Source: an uncultured Kangiella sp. | Lineage (GTDB): Bacteria > Pseudomonadota > Gammaproteobacteria > Enterobacterales > Kangiellaceae | Length of the DNA: 64,000 bases | NCBI GenBank assembly: GCA_964601915.1 | Contig: CAZRPK010000002.1 | Coordinates: 2,000-65,999, forward strand | Reading direction: 5' to 3' | Shown here: in pieces, positions 9,608 through 19,385 of the stretch | Numbering within the stretch: the stretch's first letter is position 1 | Layout: each line of letters starts with the position of its first letter | Notes under the pieces: generated by a model | What the model was told of the DNA's origin: nothing | Database searches by the model: none | What the model saw: only the letters and a program-made list of their open reading frames with translations | Position numbers and translations under genes: made by a program

Positions 9608-11300
9608 CCTTCATTCGAGAATAAATTTGAAGTGCGAAAGAAGAGCGAGAGTCACTATTTGTGATTGGCTAATCCTTGAGTATGACCCTTTTTACTGTTT
9701 CTATATCCGAGTTGGTGAAACTCATTACATATCAGTTGGAGACGATACTAGAGCTAACAATCAAATAGGCTCTGATTTTAATGGAAAAGGTACTTTATTA
9801 ATTATTGACGAATCGGGAAGGAATCTTCGTATTTACTCAGACTTGTACGGAGCCTATCCGGTATTTTATTGTGAAAAATCATTTGGACACTTGCTGGTTA
9901 GCGACAACCTGTTGGCATTTCAAGGGCTTCGAGCACAAACCGATTATGCGTCAGTTCATCAATACATAAAGAGAGGTTATTGTACGGGGCCTTACACTTT
10001 ACTTAGTGGTATTAGGAGGCTGGAAGCAAATAGTAAGCTCGAAATAAGCGGGTCTAAAATAGCGGTTACTCATTTAAAGAGTTTTTGGACTACAGGAGAC
10101 GTAGCAGAGAGTGATATAGTTGAACAAATATCTTCTTGCTTAATCTCAGGAGCAAAAAGCATTCCTAAAACTCAACTTATGTTTTCTGCAGGATGGGATT
10201 CAAGAACTATTCTTGCAGTGTTTCTTGCGGCTGAATCTGATTTTTATTGTTACAGTCATGGGAATATTAATAGCCGGGAAATTTCAATTGCTGAAAGAAT
10301 ATGTTTGGACGCTGGAGTTCATTTTGTTAAAAATGATTTTAGCGTTGAAATTTTATCAAAAATTTCGCTAGAAAAATTAATGTGCACAAAGGGATCTGCA
10401 ATGTTTCCACATTGGTGGAATTCAGGTGAATATTCGAAATTAAATTCAGCTGCAATAACAGCAGGAACATTCGGTGAAGTATTGGGAGGTCATTATGGTC
10501 TGATAAACTCTTTGAGCGGATACAAGAAGTACCTTAAGTTACTTTCCATTTTGGCGTTAAATAGGGCGGGAGGCAAAATTTTAACGGGCAAATCTTCGGT
10601 AGAGTTTGTGTATGATTTACTTTCTGATTCATCGGTTTTTTCGTCTTGGGTTTTTTCATCTAATGGTAATAGGGCGTTAGAATTCCCCGATATTTTTGAA
10701 GAATCTAACTTGAGACTAAAAGATACATTAGAGCGTTATCAAAATGAAGGTGCTAATTCGGACTTAATATATGAAAGATACATGACGGAGCATAGAGGGG
10801 CTGCATATATTAATCTTCAATTAATGAATACTAACGCTAATCAGTATAATATTTTTCTAAATCCCACTTTAATTAAACTACTGCCCAAAGTACCCTTTAA
10901 AAATAGAATTCATAATCAACTTAATCAAAAGATAGTTCAGCAGCTGAATCCTAAATTGCTCGATTATCCGATGGCTGCGACGTTGGTTAAGGCTAAACGG
11001 TCACTATTATCCCAAGAGCTGTCACGAGCATTAAGAAAGTTACTACAAAAAAGTGAAACTCTTTCTAGGTTAAATCAAAACTATAGCAAATATCGATATA
11101 CTGACGGCTTAGGCTGGAATGATTTTAGAGTTCTTAAGGAGCCTGAAATATCCGATTTTTATGTTCAAGGTTTTAAAACATCACTTTTTTCGTCTGATAG
11201 AATGAAGTCAGCACTTCTCAATGCTAATGATCATTCTCTCTATTCATGGTTAGATATGGTTTGTAAATCATATACAGTCGATAGAATTTTACAACATTAG
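9582..11300 (+). CDS. Asparagine synthetase (AsnB)-like amidotransferase/adenylating enzyme, atypical N-terminus
   Basis: PP-loop-like 'LMFSAGWDSRTILAV' (compare SGGLDSS) and N-domain remnant 'LRIYSDLYGAYPVFYCEK...LVSDNLLAF'. No Met-Cys N-terminal nucleophile. The only available start is GTG at 9582, overlapping the IS200 remnant. Confidence 0.6.
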   Translation: MKYIVCGHNLHSRINLKCERRARVTICDWLILEYDPFYCFYIRVGETHYISVGDDTRANNQIGSDFNGKGTLLIIDESGRNLRIYSDLYGAYPVFYCEKSFGHLLVSDNLLAFQGLRAQTDYASVHQYIKRGYCTGPYTLLSGIRRLEANSKLEISGSKIAVTHLKSFWTTGDVAESDIVEQISSCLISGAKSIPKTQLMFSAGWDSRTILAVFLAAESDFYCYSHGNINSREISIAERICLDAGVHFVKNDFSVEILSKISLEKLMCTKGSAMFPHWWNSGEYSKLNSAAITAGTFGEVLGGHYGLINSLSGYKKYLKLLSILALNRAGGKILTGKSSVEFVYDLLSDSSVFSSWVFSSNGNRALEFPDIFEESNLRLKDTLERYQNEGANSDLIYERYMTEHRGAAYINLQLMNTNANQYNIFLNPTLIKLLPKVPFKNRIHNQLNQKIVQQLNPKLLDYPMAATLVKAKRSLLSQELSRALRKLLQKSETLSRLNQNYSKYRYTDGLGWNDFRVLKEPEISDFYVQGFKTSLFSSDRMKSALLNANDHSLYSWLDMVCKSYTVDRILQH

Positions 11301-11308
11301 GTTTTTCT

Positions 11309-12601
11309 ATGTTACACCGTATATTATTTCGAATTGGAACGAATAAACGAAACCCTTCATTTTTCAAAATTTTGAGAAAACTAAAGGAAACTGAGTTTGT
11401 TAGTAGGCAGGTGCTGGACGAAGTAAAGCATAAGAATGCGAGGTCTTATTTTGCGTTCATAAGTAATAATTCCTCATATTGGTCGGAGTTTCTTAGCAAG
11501 CATGATTTTAATATTGGCTCTCCAGATCTCATTTCAGAAATAAAGAAACTTCCAATCAGTACTAAAAACGATTTAATCACTTTCAACCAAGAAATGAGAA
11601 TAACGGGCCCTTTTAGGAAAATATTTGTTGCTGAAACATCTGGGACATCGGGTCAATCATTAGAGTTTCCAAGAAACGAATATTGGGATTCCTATAATCG
11701 AGCATCTCAGATGCATTTTTATGGCTGGTATGGCGTTAAACCTTGGTTTAAAAGTATATATTTATGGGGGTATGATTTAGAGTTTCGCCAGACGGTAAAA
11801 ATAAAGTTGTTTGATTGGCTATTAAATCGAGTACGCTTATTTTCATACACAGACGAAGAGTTCGAACAATTGGGTAGAAAACTTGATAGATTTAAATTTA
11901 TTGAAGGCTATTCTTCAATGATATACGGAATAGCAAAAAAGGCTGGCGCGGATGGTAGAGCGCTTAATAACTTCATGATGATAAAAGGTACTTCAGAGGT
12001 TATACACGAATCTTATCAAGAAACAGTTAAAAAAGTTTTTGGTCGAAAAATGATCTCTGAGTATGGAGCTGCGGAAACGGGTATTATTTCATTTGAGTGT
12101 CCCGAAGGAAATATGCATTTGCTCGAAGAAAATTTGGTAGTGGAAATTGATGGGGATGGAGCTCTACTAGTTACAAATATCAACTCACAATCCTTTCCTA
12201 TAATACGGTACCGTCTAGGTGATCATGTTGAACTATCCGAAGATCTATGCGCTTGTGGAAGAAACCATCGTTTAATAAAGGAAATACAAGGACGAATTGG
12301 TCAGAATATTTTCGGCTTCAAAGACAAATATCCGTCTCTTATCATTTATTATATTTTTAAAAATATAGCGCAAAAGCATGGAATATTACTAATCTACCAA
12401 GCGAATCAGTCAAAAAAAGGAGAGCTGACATTGGAAATTGAAAAGCAAACTGAGGATATTAATCGTTCTTCACTTAAGAATATATCTTCAGAGGTAGAAA
12501 ACTATTTTAAGGATGATTTATTAGTCAGAGTTGAATATGTAGACAATTTAAAGAAAGGGCAGGGTAAAGCGAAATACTTTACAAGTACGGTACAAGTATA
12601 G
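11309..12601 (+). CDS. Adenylate-forming enzyme, CapK / phenylacetate-CoA ligase (F390-synthetase-like) family
   Basis: AMP-binding P-loop 'AETSGTSGQSLEFP', 'YGAAETG', 'IIRYRLGDHVEL', and a CapK-like size of 430 aa. Confidence 0.7.
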   Translation: MLHRILFRIGTNKRNPSFFKILRKLKETEFVSRQVLDEVKHKNARSYFAFISNNSSYWSEFLSKHDFNIGSPDLISEIKKLPISTKNDLITFNQEMRITGPFRKIFVAETSGTSGQSLEFPRNEYWDSYNRASQMHFYGWYGVKPWFKSIYLWGYDLEFRQTVKIKLFDWLLNRVRLFSYTDEEFEQLGRKLDRFKFIEGYSSMIYGIAKKAGADGRALNNFMMIKGTSEVIHESYQETVKKVFGRKMISEYGAAETGIISFECPEGNMHLLEENLVVEIDGDGALLVTNINSQSFPIIRYRLGDHVELSEDLCACGRNHRLIKEIQGRIGQNIFGFKDKYPSLIIYYIFKNIAQKHGILLIYQANQSKKGELTLEIEKQTEDINRSSLKNISSEVENYFKDDLLVRVEYVDNLKKGQGKAKYFTSTVQV

Positions 12602-12688
12602 AGTTACACTATGATACTTCTATACTGATTCAACCTTAGCTTACCTAAATAATTTTTTATAAGAACTTCAAATTATCGTTATAAATAA

Positions 12689-13534
12689 TTAATACTGTAC
12701 ACTCACTACATTAAATTGGGAAGGGGGATTCGGTGTTTTTCCTGGTGTAAAGCCAATGTTTTCTGCTGTGGTACCAACGCTAAAATCATCAACTAGCAGT
12801 ACGGTTTCTTCATTGAATCCTGCATTTGCCCAGCCTAAAATATATCCCTTTTCAATCCCATTTATCTCGGCATTTTGTCCCCAGTTTTCTATAGATGTTT
12901 GAGAGTGAAGTAGAGCTCCATTTTTCCAAACTTGAATTATCCCATTTGCTTGATTCTGATCGGCTGTTTTTACTTGGATCACAACTTCCTGCCACTTGCC
13001 AAGATCTTTAGTTATATCAATTGCCACTGGATTTGTTACACCGCGACTGTCGGTAAAAAAGTGTTCAGAATAGTTATTGCCTTCATCTCTCCATTTTGTA
13101 GCCATAATTGTTGAACCATTAGAAATAGGCCACCAACTTGTTGCTGCTTGATTGTTCTGGTTTGAGTAACTGCCACTCCATAGCATGATATAGCCCTTTG
13201 CGTTGCTTGAGCTACTAGCCTGTCGGTGATAATAATTATTTGGAATAAAAAGGCGATATTTTATCCATATTTCACTATATATGTTACCCAAATCGAATCG
13301 TTGCTCAGAAAAAGCATCCTCGGATAAATCAGAACTCCCGTCAAATTTAAACGATAAAACTTTATTGTCACTTACATCAGGGTCTTGTATGATTGATGCA
13401 GACACGCCAGATCCCCAAGAAAAACCTGTGGAATATCTCACGTTGTTCTCAAAGTTGGTGAAATCTTCTTCATGTAACAGTTCTGCTAATGTAATAGTTG
13501 GAAACATACTTAGTATCAGTAATAATATCTTCAT
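12689..13534 (-). CDS. Secreted jelly-roll (concanavalin-A-like) protein, polysaccharide-lyase-like
   Basis: Signal peptide 'MKILLLILSMFPTITLA'. Beta-rich body with 'GYIMLWSGSY', 'WQEVVIQVK...NGIIQVWKNGALL' and 'GYILGWANAGF..VLLVDDFSVG', resembling the PF14099-type lyase fold. The functional call is tentative. Confidence 0.45.
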   Translation of the reverse strand: MKILLLILSMFPTITLAELLHEEDFTNFENNVRYSTGFSWGSGVSASIIQDPDVSDNKVLSFKFDGSSDLSEDAFSEQRFDLGNIYSEIWIKYRLFIPNNYYHRQASSSSNAKGYIMLWSGSYSNQNNQAATSWWPISNGSTIMATKWRDEGNNYSEHFFTDSRGVTNPVAIDITKDLGKWQEVVIQVKTADQNQANGIIQVWKNGALLHSQTSIENWGQNAEINGIEKGYILGWANAGFNEETVLLVDDFSVGTTAENIGFTPGKTPNPPSQFNVVSVQY

Positions 13535-13722
13535 TTTTCAACACTCTAGTTTAACCGATTATTGGCCTAACTATATCATATTAAACAAAGCAAACGTGTG
13601 CATGAGGCCTCAAAAGAGTAATTTTTTATCTATCATTAGTTAAATATGGAGTTATTTGCGTTTGTAGAATACGGTTTTTACGCAATACTAGACTTTTTTA
13701 TTAACTTGAAATCGTAAATACA

Positions 13723-14868
13723 TTATCGCTTGGAAGGCTCCCATAAAGTAACCCTCTTTCCAGAAATATACATTAATGATGAATGGAATATTGCTAGATT
13801 CACTTGAATAAAAAAGTAGCAGATCTTAATTAACGGAGTTTGCCTAGCGCTAGTTGAAAGGTAACCAGTAATTGCCATCCCATAAAAAAGCACTTGAATA
13901 GTAAAACTAAATTTATAAAAGTAGGATAGTTTAAATAATAAAAAATTAGTGACTAAAGTGAGTAAAAGGAACCAAGGTACTAGCCAACGCATTAGTTTGT
14001 GAGAAATAACTTGAAAGGCGAAAAAACCATGTTTGAAAGGGTTCATAATAAAAGCTTGGCTGGAAAGCGCAGCCATGCCCCGAATTACTGTTCTTACTTT
14101 TCGTTGATATTCTTTGGTTTCATCCTTTAGGTTTGGATAAAAACCCAGTAATTTAGAATCTGTTACAGCTATTAACTCGTTATGAATACAATTTAATGCA
14201 GTATTAAAATCACTTGGCACATTGATGTTCCAGTTGTTACAAACTTCACGCCTTGCGGTAAAAAATGAACCGCTTAAGCCAACCAAGCTATTTACACGAC
14301 TTTCTAATTGTCGCAACCACATTTCATATTTAACATATGCTCCTTCACCTGCGACTTCGCCACTTTCTGTCAAAAATCGGTCTTCGCTTGAAATTGCACC
14401 GATCATAGGATCTTCAAAGCGCTTAGCTATTTTTAATAGAGCGGTATTTTCTATTTGTGTAGAAACGTCTGAAAATACAAGTATGTCACCAATAGATATT
14501 TCAATGGCGCTTTTTTGAGCGTTTTCTTTTCCTTTTCTTTCCAATACGGGATGCAGGGTTACACCTCTATTTTTGTAGCCATCAACAATTTCATTCGTTT
14601 TGTCCGAAGAGCCATCGGAGGCAACAATAATTTCAATCTTATCGGATGGGTATTTGACTAGTAGTGTATTCTCTATCTTCTTGGCAATCTGATTCTCCTC
14701 ATTATAAGCCGTGATAATAAAGGATATTGAGGGAAGAGGATGAGTTTTATGACTAACGATATAGATGCATTTTTTTCTTGTTTTTGTAATTAGAACTAAA
14801 ATTAATGGGTAAATGAAATAGCTATAACTAACGCCGAATAATCCAATGAAAAAGAGCACTTCTGTCAC
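13723..14868 (-). CDS. Glycosyltransferase family 2 with C-terminal membrane domain (synthase-like)
   Basis: 'ISFIITAYNEENQI', 'IIVASDGSSDKT', 'VFSDVS' (DxD-like), followed by 3-4 C-terminal TM helices. GTG start with AAGGA 7 nt upstream. Confidence 0.85.
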   Translation of the reverse strand: MTEVLFFIGLFGVSYSYFIYPLILVLITKTRKKCIYIVSHKTHPLPSISFIITAYNEENQIAKKIENTLLVKYPSDKIEIIVASDGSSDKTNEIVDGYKNRGVTLHPVLERKGKENAQKSAIEISIGDILVFSDVSTQIENTALLKIAKRFEDPMIGAISSEDRFLTESGEVAGEGAYVKYEMWLRQLESRVNSLVGLSGSFFTARREVCNNWNINVPSDFNTALNCIHNELIAVTDSKLLGFYPNLKDETKEYQRKVRTVIRGMAALSSQAFIMNPFKHGFFAFQVISHKLMRWLVPWFLLLTLVTNFLLFKLSYFYKFSFTIQVLFYGMAITGYLSTSARQTPLIKICYFFIQVNLAIFHSSLMYISGKRVTLWEPSKR

Positions 14869-14905
14869 AACTCATTCCTTAAGGTTATTAAAAATCATTT
14901 TTTAC

Positions 14906-15700
14906 CTAGAATTTAGGTTTTTCTTGTTGTCGTTCAACTTTATGATACTTATGAATAAATCGATCGGTTTTATGAAATACTTTTTGCTTCCATATATCGA
15001 GAGAATGATCATCGCCAGGAGTTCTGAGTACATTTAATTGTGTGTTAAATGCAAATCCATTGGCTTCTAGCTGAGATTTTGCCCATTGCTCTTCAATTCG
15101 ATGTAAAGGTCCCCATTCTTCTCTAGTGCTACCTGGCCTAGCGGCATGATCGATAATAATCAAAGTGCCACCAACTCTTAATGCTTCATAGGCCTGTTTG
15201 AAGAATGCTTCCGGATTGGCTGAAATCACGGGATCGTCGCGTTTGACAAAAAAGTCATGAAAGCTCAAACCCAAAAATAACACGTCGATGTTTCTTGGTA
15301 ATCTCATGTCTGCATAATCACTGTCTAATCGAATAACGTTGGGGAGTCGATTATCTTCTAATCGCTCTTCAAGTTCATCTTTGGAAAAACGAAGAAATAA
15401 AGAGTTGTTTTGAAGAAATACTTTGCCATCTTTACCGACGATATGACTAAATAATTCGGAATAGTATCCGCCACCACCTAGCAGGTCGACGATCCTCATT
15501 CCCGGTGCGGCTTCAGAAAAATTAAGGATCTCTAATGGTTTTCGATATCGATCTTTTGCTAAATCATCAGAAAAACGGGAAGGCAAATGCATTGATTGCT
15601 CGTTTAAGGGCAAGCTATCTATGTCTTTGGAGCACCCTGTTATAAACAACAAAAAGAGAAGAGCCAATAGTTTGATATTTTGGGTTATTTTATGTGCCAT
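14906..15700 (-). CDS. Class I SAM-dependent methyltransferase-fold lipoprotein
   Basis: Lipobox 'LFITGC' after a hydrophobic N-terminus. SAM motif I 'RIVDLLGGGGYYSE' and post-I 'LIIIDH'. Confidence 0.7.
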   Translation of the reverse strand: MAHKITQNIKLLALLFLLFITGCSKDIDSLPLNEQSMHLPSRFSDDLAKDRYRKPLEILNFSEAAPGMRIVDLLGGGGYYSELFSHIVGKDGKVFLQNNSLFLRFSKDELEERLEDNRLPNVIRLDSDYADMRLPRNIDVLFLGLSFHDFFVKRDDPVISANPEAFFKQAYEALRVGGTLIIIDHAARPGSTREEWGPLHRIEEQWAKSQLEANGFAFNTQLNVLRTPGDDHSLDIWKQKVFHKTDRFIHKYHKVERQQEKPKF

Positions 15701-15860
15701 ACTGAAAATCCCATCCCTTTCAATTCAATTGATGACTGAACAAATGATACCAACGCGAAAATTATACACGGACTGCAAACTACTGTCGATACTTTGGACA
15801 CTCCAAATAATGAAAATCAAAAAGCATTGATTTGATTATATTATTTAATCTTTCGAGGGG

Positions 15861-16820
15861 CTATTTTAATTGGTTAATTAATTTGGCCGCCATACGTTTG
15901 CCAGATTGTTTGATTCTTCTTAACCTCAGATTAACGGGTATGGAAACGGATGCTGTTTCTCTGTCTGTATAACCTAGGGATGTTAATAAATCACCTGCAG
16001 TCCAATAGAGTTCCTGAAGCTGAGCCTTGCTAAAAGATGTTTTCCAATCACCCGCGATACCTTTGCGAAAAAAATTTTCGGGTTCTGGCCGGGACTTGGT
16101 GCCAGATGCGTTGGTTTGTCCAGGGTTGATAAAGGTGTCTCTTTTGTAATCATTTTGTTTTAATTTTTTGAAACGGTGTGCTTGATAAAGCTCATCAACT
16201 TCTGCCTTTGAAATGCTGATATCCAGAAACTCGAATACATTTTTCATTTGGGCTATACCATCGTTTAGTAGGTTTTCATATCGAATTTCTAGGTATTGGT
16301 CGGTTAATGTTTTCGCTTTTTGTGCTGCTTGTAACAAGGTTTTCCATTCATTGGACGCATCTTCGACTGACTGGTGATGCCAAGCTTTACCCCAGCCTTT
16401 CTTTGCAGCCAATATAGAGGCTACAACATCTCTACCGTCTCGAATAAGGTGAATAAACTTAGCTTTGGGAAAGCATCGGTAGATTGTTTCTATATGTTCA
16501 CTGTTATTTGGAGATTTTTCTAAAAAATAGGTTGCTTGTGGCTTTTCTTGAAACACTCTGTCAAAAACATCACTTGCAAACTGCTTTAACAAAAAATAAA
16601 ACTGTTCTTCGTTGAGGTAGGCTGAGATACCATGAAATCTAAGATTATTTGAAGTGGGGTATTGAAGCTCTCGGTTCCATTGTTTTACCATGGAGCTAAA
16701 ATAGTTATTGAAAAGCTGGCTTTCCTGGCCGGTAGCAATTAAGGGATGGCTTCCTAGCATGAGCTGAAGCCAGGTTGTACCACTTCGTCCTGCACCAATA
16801 ATAAAAACGATATTGTCCAT
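15861..16820 (-). CDS. PAPS-dependent sulfotransferase
   Basis: 5'-PSB loop 'IIGAGRSGTTWL' and 3'-PB motif 'IHLIRDGRDVVAS'. ATG at 16820 (MDNIVFIIGAG) is preferred over the upstream ATG at 16856. Confidence 0.85.
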   Translation of the reverse strand: MDNIVFIIGAGRSGTTWLQLMLGSHPLIATGQESQLFNNYFSSMVKQWNRELQYPTSNNLRFHGISAYLNEEQFYFLLKQFASDVFDRVFQEKPQATYFLEKSPNNSEHIETIYRCFPKAKFIHLIRDGRDVVASILAAKKGWGKAWHHQSVEDASNEWKTLLQAAQKAKTLTDQYLEIRYENLLNDGIAQMKNVFEFLDISISKAEVDELYQAHRFKKLKQNDYKRDTFINPGQTNASGTKSRPEPENFFRKGIAGDWKTSFSKAQLQELYWTAGDLLTSLGYTDRETASVSIPVNLRLRRIKQSGKRMAAKLINQLK

Positions 16821-16960
16821 AATTTTAACACTACTAGATTGATAGCGAATAAGCATTATAGTATTAATAACGACATTATTGAAGTAGTATACCTATTAGA
16901 CTTTAATATATAGCCTTGTGACCTATTCAAAGGACAAAACGAAAGAACATCATCTGAATT

Positions 16961-18727
16961 ATGGAAGAAACTAAAACATTGGCGAAAGCCGTCGAAAGAA
17001 AAACCGCTTATTTTCACTCCGGTGAACAGTCTCTGTTTTACTGGATGCATCAACCCAACAAGCAAATATCACTTAGAGCAATCGTTCTACTGTGCCCCCC
17101 CTTGGGGCATGAATATATGGCCTCACATCGGACCTTTAGGCATCTCGCTGACAACCTTGCTTGTCGTGGTTTACTTGCAGTCAGGTTTGACTATGCCAAT
17201 ACGGGTAACTCGTCGGATGTTAATGGAGAGTCGTTAGGTATTTCCAATTTAGTGCAAAATGTTGTCGATCTTTGTCACAAGTTGAAATATTCAAATCCTA
17301 AAGCGGATATTTGTTGTATCGGATTTAGAATGGGGGCTTCTGTTGCTATGTTAGCAGCAGAAAAAACTGAAATTACCAATTTAGTTCTTTGGGAGCCTTG
17401 TATTAAAGGTCGTCGATACGCACGAGAGATCAAAGCCTTGTCCGGTATTTTACAAAATTCAAATTATACTCAAGATACTGTAGAGGCTACGGGTGTTACT
17501 TTGACGGAAAAATTCGAAAAGGAGCTGAATAACCTTGACTTAACTAATTGTGCGCCGAAAGATACCAAGAACCTCCTTTATTTACATCGAGGTGAGAAAA
17601 AACCTAACCTAAATTTTAATGATTCCTTGAAAGACAAAGTAGGGCGAGTAAAAACCGCTAGTTTTGAAGGATTTGATTCAATGGTAACTTATCCCACAGA
17701 AACGATTGTGCCGTTTTCAGCAATTAATGCACAGGTGTCTTTTTTGTTAGATTCCGTATCACAATCGAAATCAACCAACCAGTATATAAGTGTAGTAGAA
17801 AAATTTAAGAATAATAATGAGTTACGGACTGAAAGGTTTGTTGAAAGGGCGGTTCATTTTGGAATTGAGAATCAACTATTTGGGATTCTCAATCGTAGCA
17901 GTAAACACAATGAATATCACGATACTTTAGTGATATTTCTTAACTGTGGCTCGGAGCATCACGTGGGACCACATCGTATCTACACCGATTTTGCTAGGAG
18001 GCTCGCTAATGAAGGAATGAATAGTTTTAGGATTGATATAGAAGGGATAGGTGATAGTTTTACTAATGGTAATAATCGAGATAACTATGCCTACTCGCCT
18101 AGTGCTATTCAAGATGTAACTCATGCGTTACGATATGCTAATAAAGAAGGCTTTGACAAGTTTGTTTTTACGGGTATATGTGCTGGCGCGTACCATTCAT
18201 TTAAAGCTGCTGCAGAATTGGTAGAATACGATATTAAAGGAGCAATATTGGTTAATCCTTTGGTTTTTGACTGGTGCGAAAGTGCTTCAAACTCTCAAAG
18301 CAAAAATATTTTACAGCAAGGGGAAATAATGCGTTACCAGGCATTATTATTTAGTCGACATGCTTGGAGTAAGCTACTCAAAGGTGGAGTTGATCTCCGA
18401 AATTTGGCAAATACATTATTTTCTTTTTTGTCTTTTAGAATTATGAAGTTGGTTAGTCATTTCACAAATCCCGACAATAATATAGTTAATCGAAACCTTG
18501 CTCAGTATTCAACTTTAAATAGACAATTGAACTTCATACTAGCCGAAAATGATCCGGGCTACCAAATTTTGCTGGCCGACGCAAAAAAGACTGCGACTAA
18601 GTATCTTAAACAGGGCCGGTTAAAAATTGAGTTTATTGAAGGGGTTGATCATGGGCTATCAAAGGGCTGGATGAGAGAGAGAGTATTTGAAATATTGCTA
18701 CAAGCCATAAAAAAACAATTTCTGTAG
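16961..18727 (+). CDS. Tandem alpha/beta-hydrolase-fold protein (two domains)
   Basis: Two alpha/beta-hydrolase-like halves with elbow-like motifs 'CIGFRMGASVA' (N-half) and 'FTGICAGAYHS' (C-half). Neither has the canonical G-x-S-x-G serine. Confidence 0.55.
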   Translation: MEETKTLAKAVERKTAYFHSGEQSLFYWMHQPNKQISLRAIVLLCPPLGHEYMASHRTFRHLADNLACRGLLAVRFDYANTGNSSDVNGESLGISNLVQNVVDLCHKLKYSNPKADICCIGFRMGASVAMLAAEKTEITNLVLWEPCIKGRRYAREIKALSGILQNSNYTQDTVEATGVTLTEKFEKELNNLDLTNCAPKDTKNLLYLHRGEKKPNLNFNDSLKDKVGRVKTASFEGFDSMVTYPTETIVPFSAINAQVSFLLDSVSQSKSTNQYISVVEKFKNNNELRTERFVERAVHFGIENQLFGILNRSSKHNEYHDTLVIFLNCGSEHHVGPHRIYTDFARRLANEGMNSFRIDIEGIGDSFTNGNNRDNYAYSPSAIQDVTHALRYANKEGFDKFVFTGICAGAYHSFKAAAELVEYDIKGAILVNPLVFDWCESASNSQSKNILQQGEIMRYQALLFSRHAWSKLLKGGVDLRNLANTLFSFLSFRIMKLVSHFTNPDNNIVNRNLAQYSTLNRQLNFILAENDPGYQILLADAKKTATKYLKQGRLKIEFIEGVDHGLSKGWMRERVFEILLQAIKKQFL

Positions 18728-18764
18728 TTATTGCTCTATACCCGATCCGCCTCAAGTTACATAC

Positions 18765-19385
18765 CTATCGTGAGTTTGCTTTATTAGCCATAATACTATT
18801 AATTGCGGCACTGTATTTGGAAAATCTAACTCGTTCAAAAGGAATTTTCTTCATCAAATATTCAATTGGAACATTATCTGGCGCTTTTATTTCTACAGCT
18901 ATTTCTGCGTCTACAATTTTATGCGGAGACTTATGGTGCCCGTCAATACAAACATACTCAATATTTTTGTCGATAGTCAATCTAACTCCAAATATTTGAT
19001 AATATGCTCGTTGATACGTGATTCTAATTTTCGGTTTACAAATACCATAATTATGATCAAAAACGCCAAGTTCCAAAATTTTTTGTAAATTAAACTCTTG
19101 GGTAATCGTTTTATAGCGACCTTCTATTGATGAGGTCTTTATTTCAAGAGAGCTATTTTCTTGAGTGTGAGGTTCTTTGGAATAGCTTCTAACTCGAATT
19201 TTTTTTCTTGGTACCGATCCTTCTTCCGAATCATTAAACATGCCCCAATGATCGTTATCAAAATAGGTGGAGGAAACGGTTCGTGGTTGGTAAAGTTCGG
19301 TGCCGCCATTTTGATAAATCCAACCCAATAGGTTCATCAATTGGCTCTTGTAAATTTTCAATTTCTCTTCTTTGCGAAAGCTCAT
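18765..19385 (-). CDS. VTC-domain (CYTH/triphosphate-tunnel, polyphosphate-polymerase-like) protein
   Basis: 'YQPRTVSSTYFDND...RKKIRVRSY' and 'LEIKTSSIEGRYKT' match the bacterial VTC domain (PF09359) pattern. The start overlaps the CotH stop (ATGA). Confidence 0.7.
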   Translation of the reverse strand: MSFRKEEKLKIYKSQLMNLLGWIYQNGGTELYQPRTVSSTYFDNDHWGMFNDSEEGSVPRKKIRVRSYSKEPHTQENSSLEIKTSSIEGRYKTITQEFNLQKILELGVFDHNYGICKPKIRITYQRAYYQIFGVRLTIDKNIEYVCIDGHHKSPHKIVDAEIAVEIKAPDNVPIEYLMKKIPFERVRFSKYSAAINSIMANKANSR

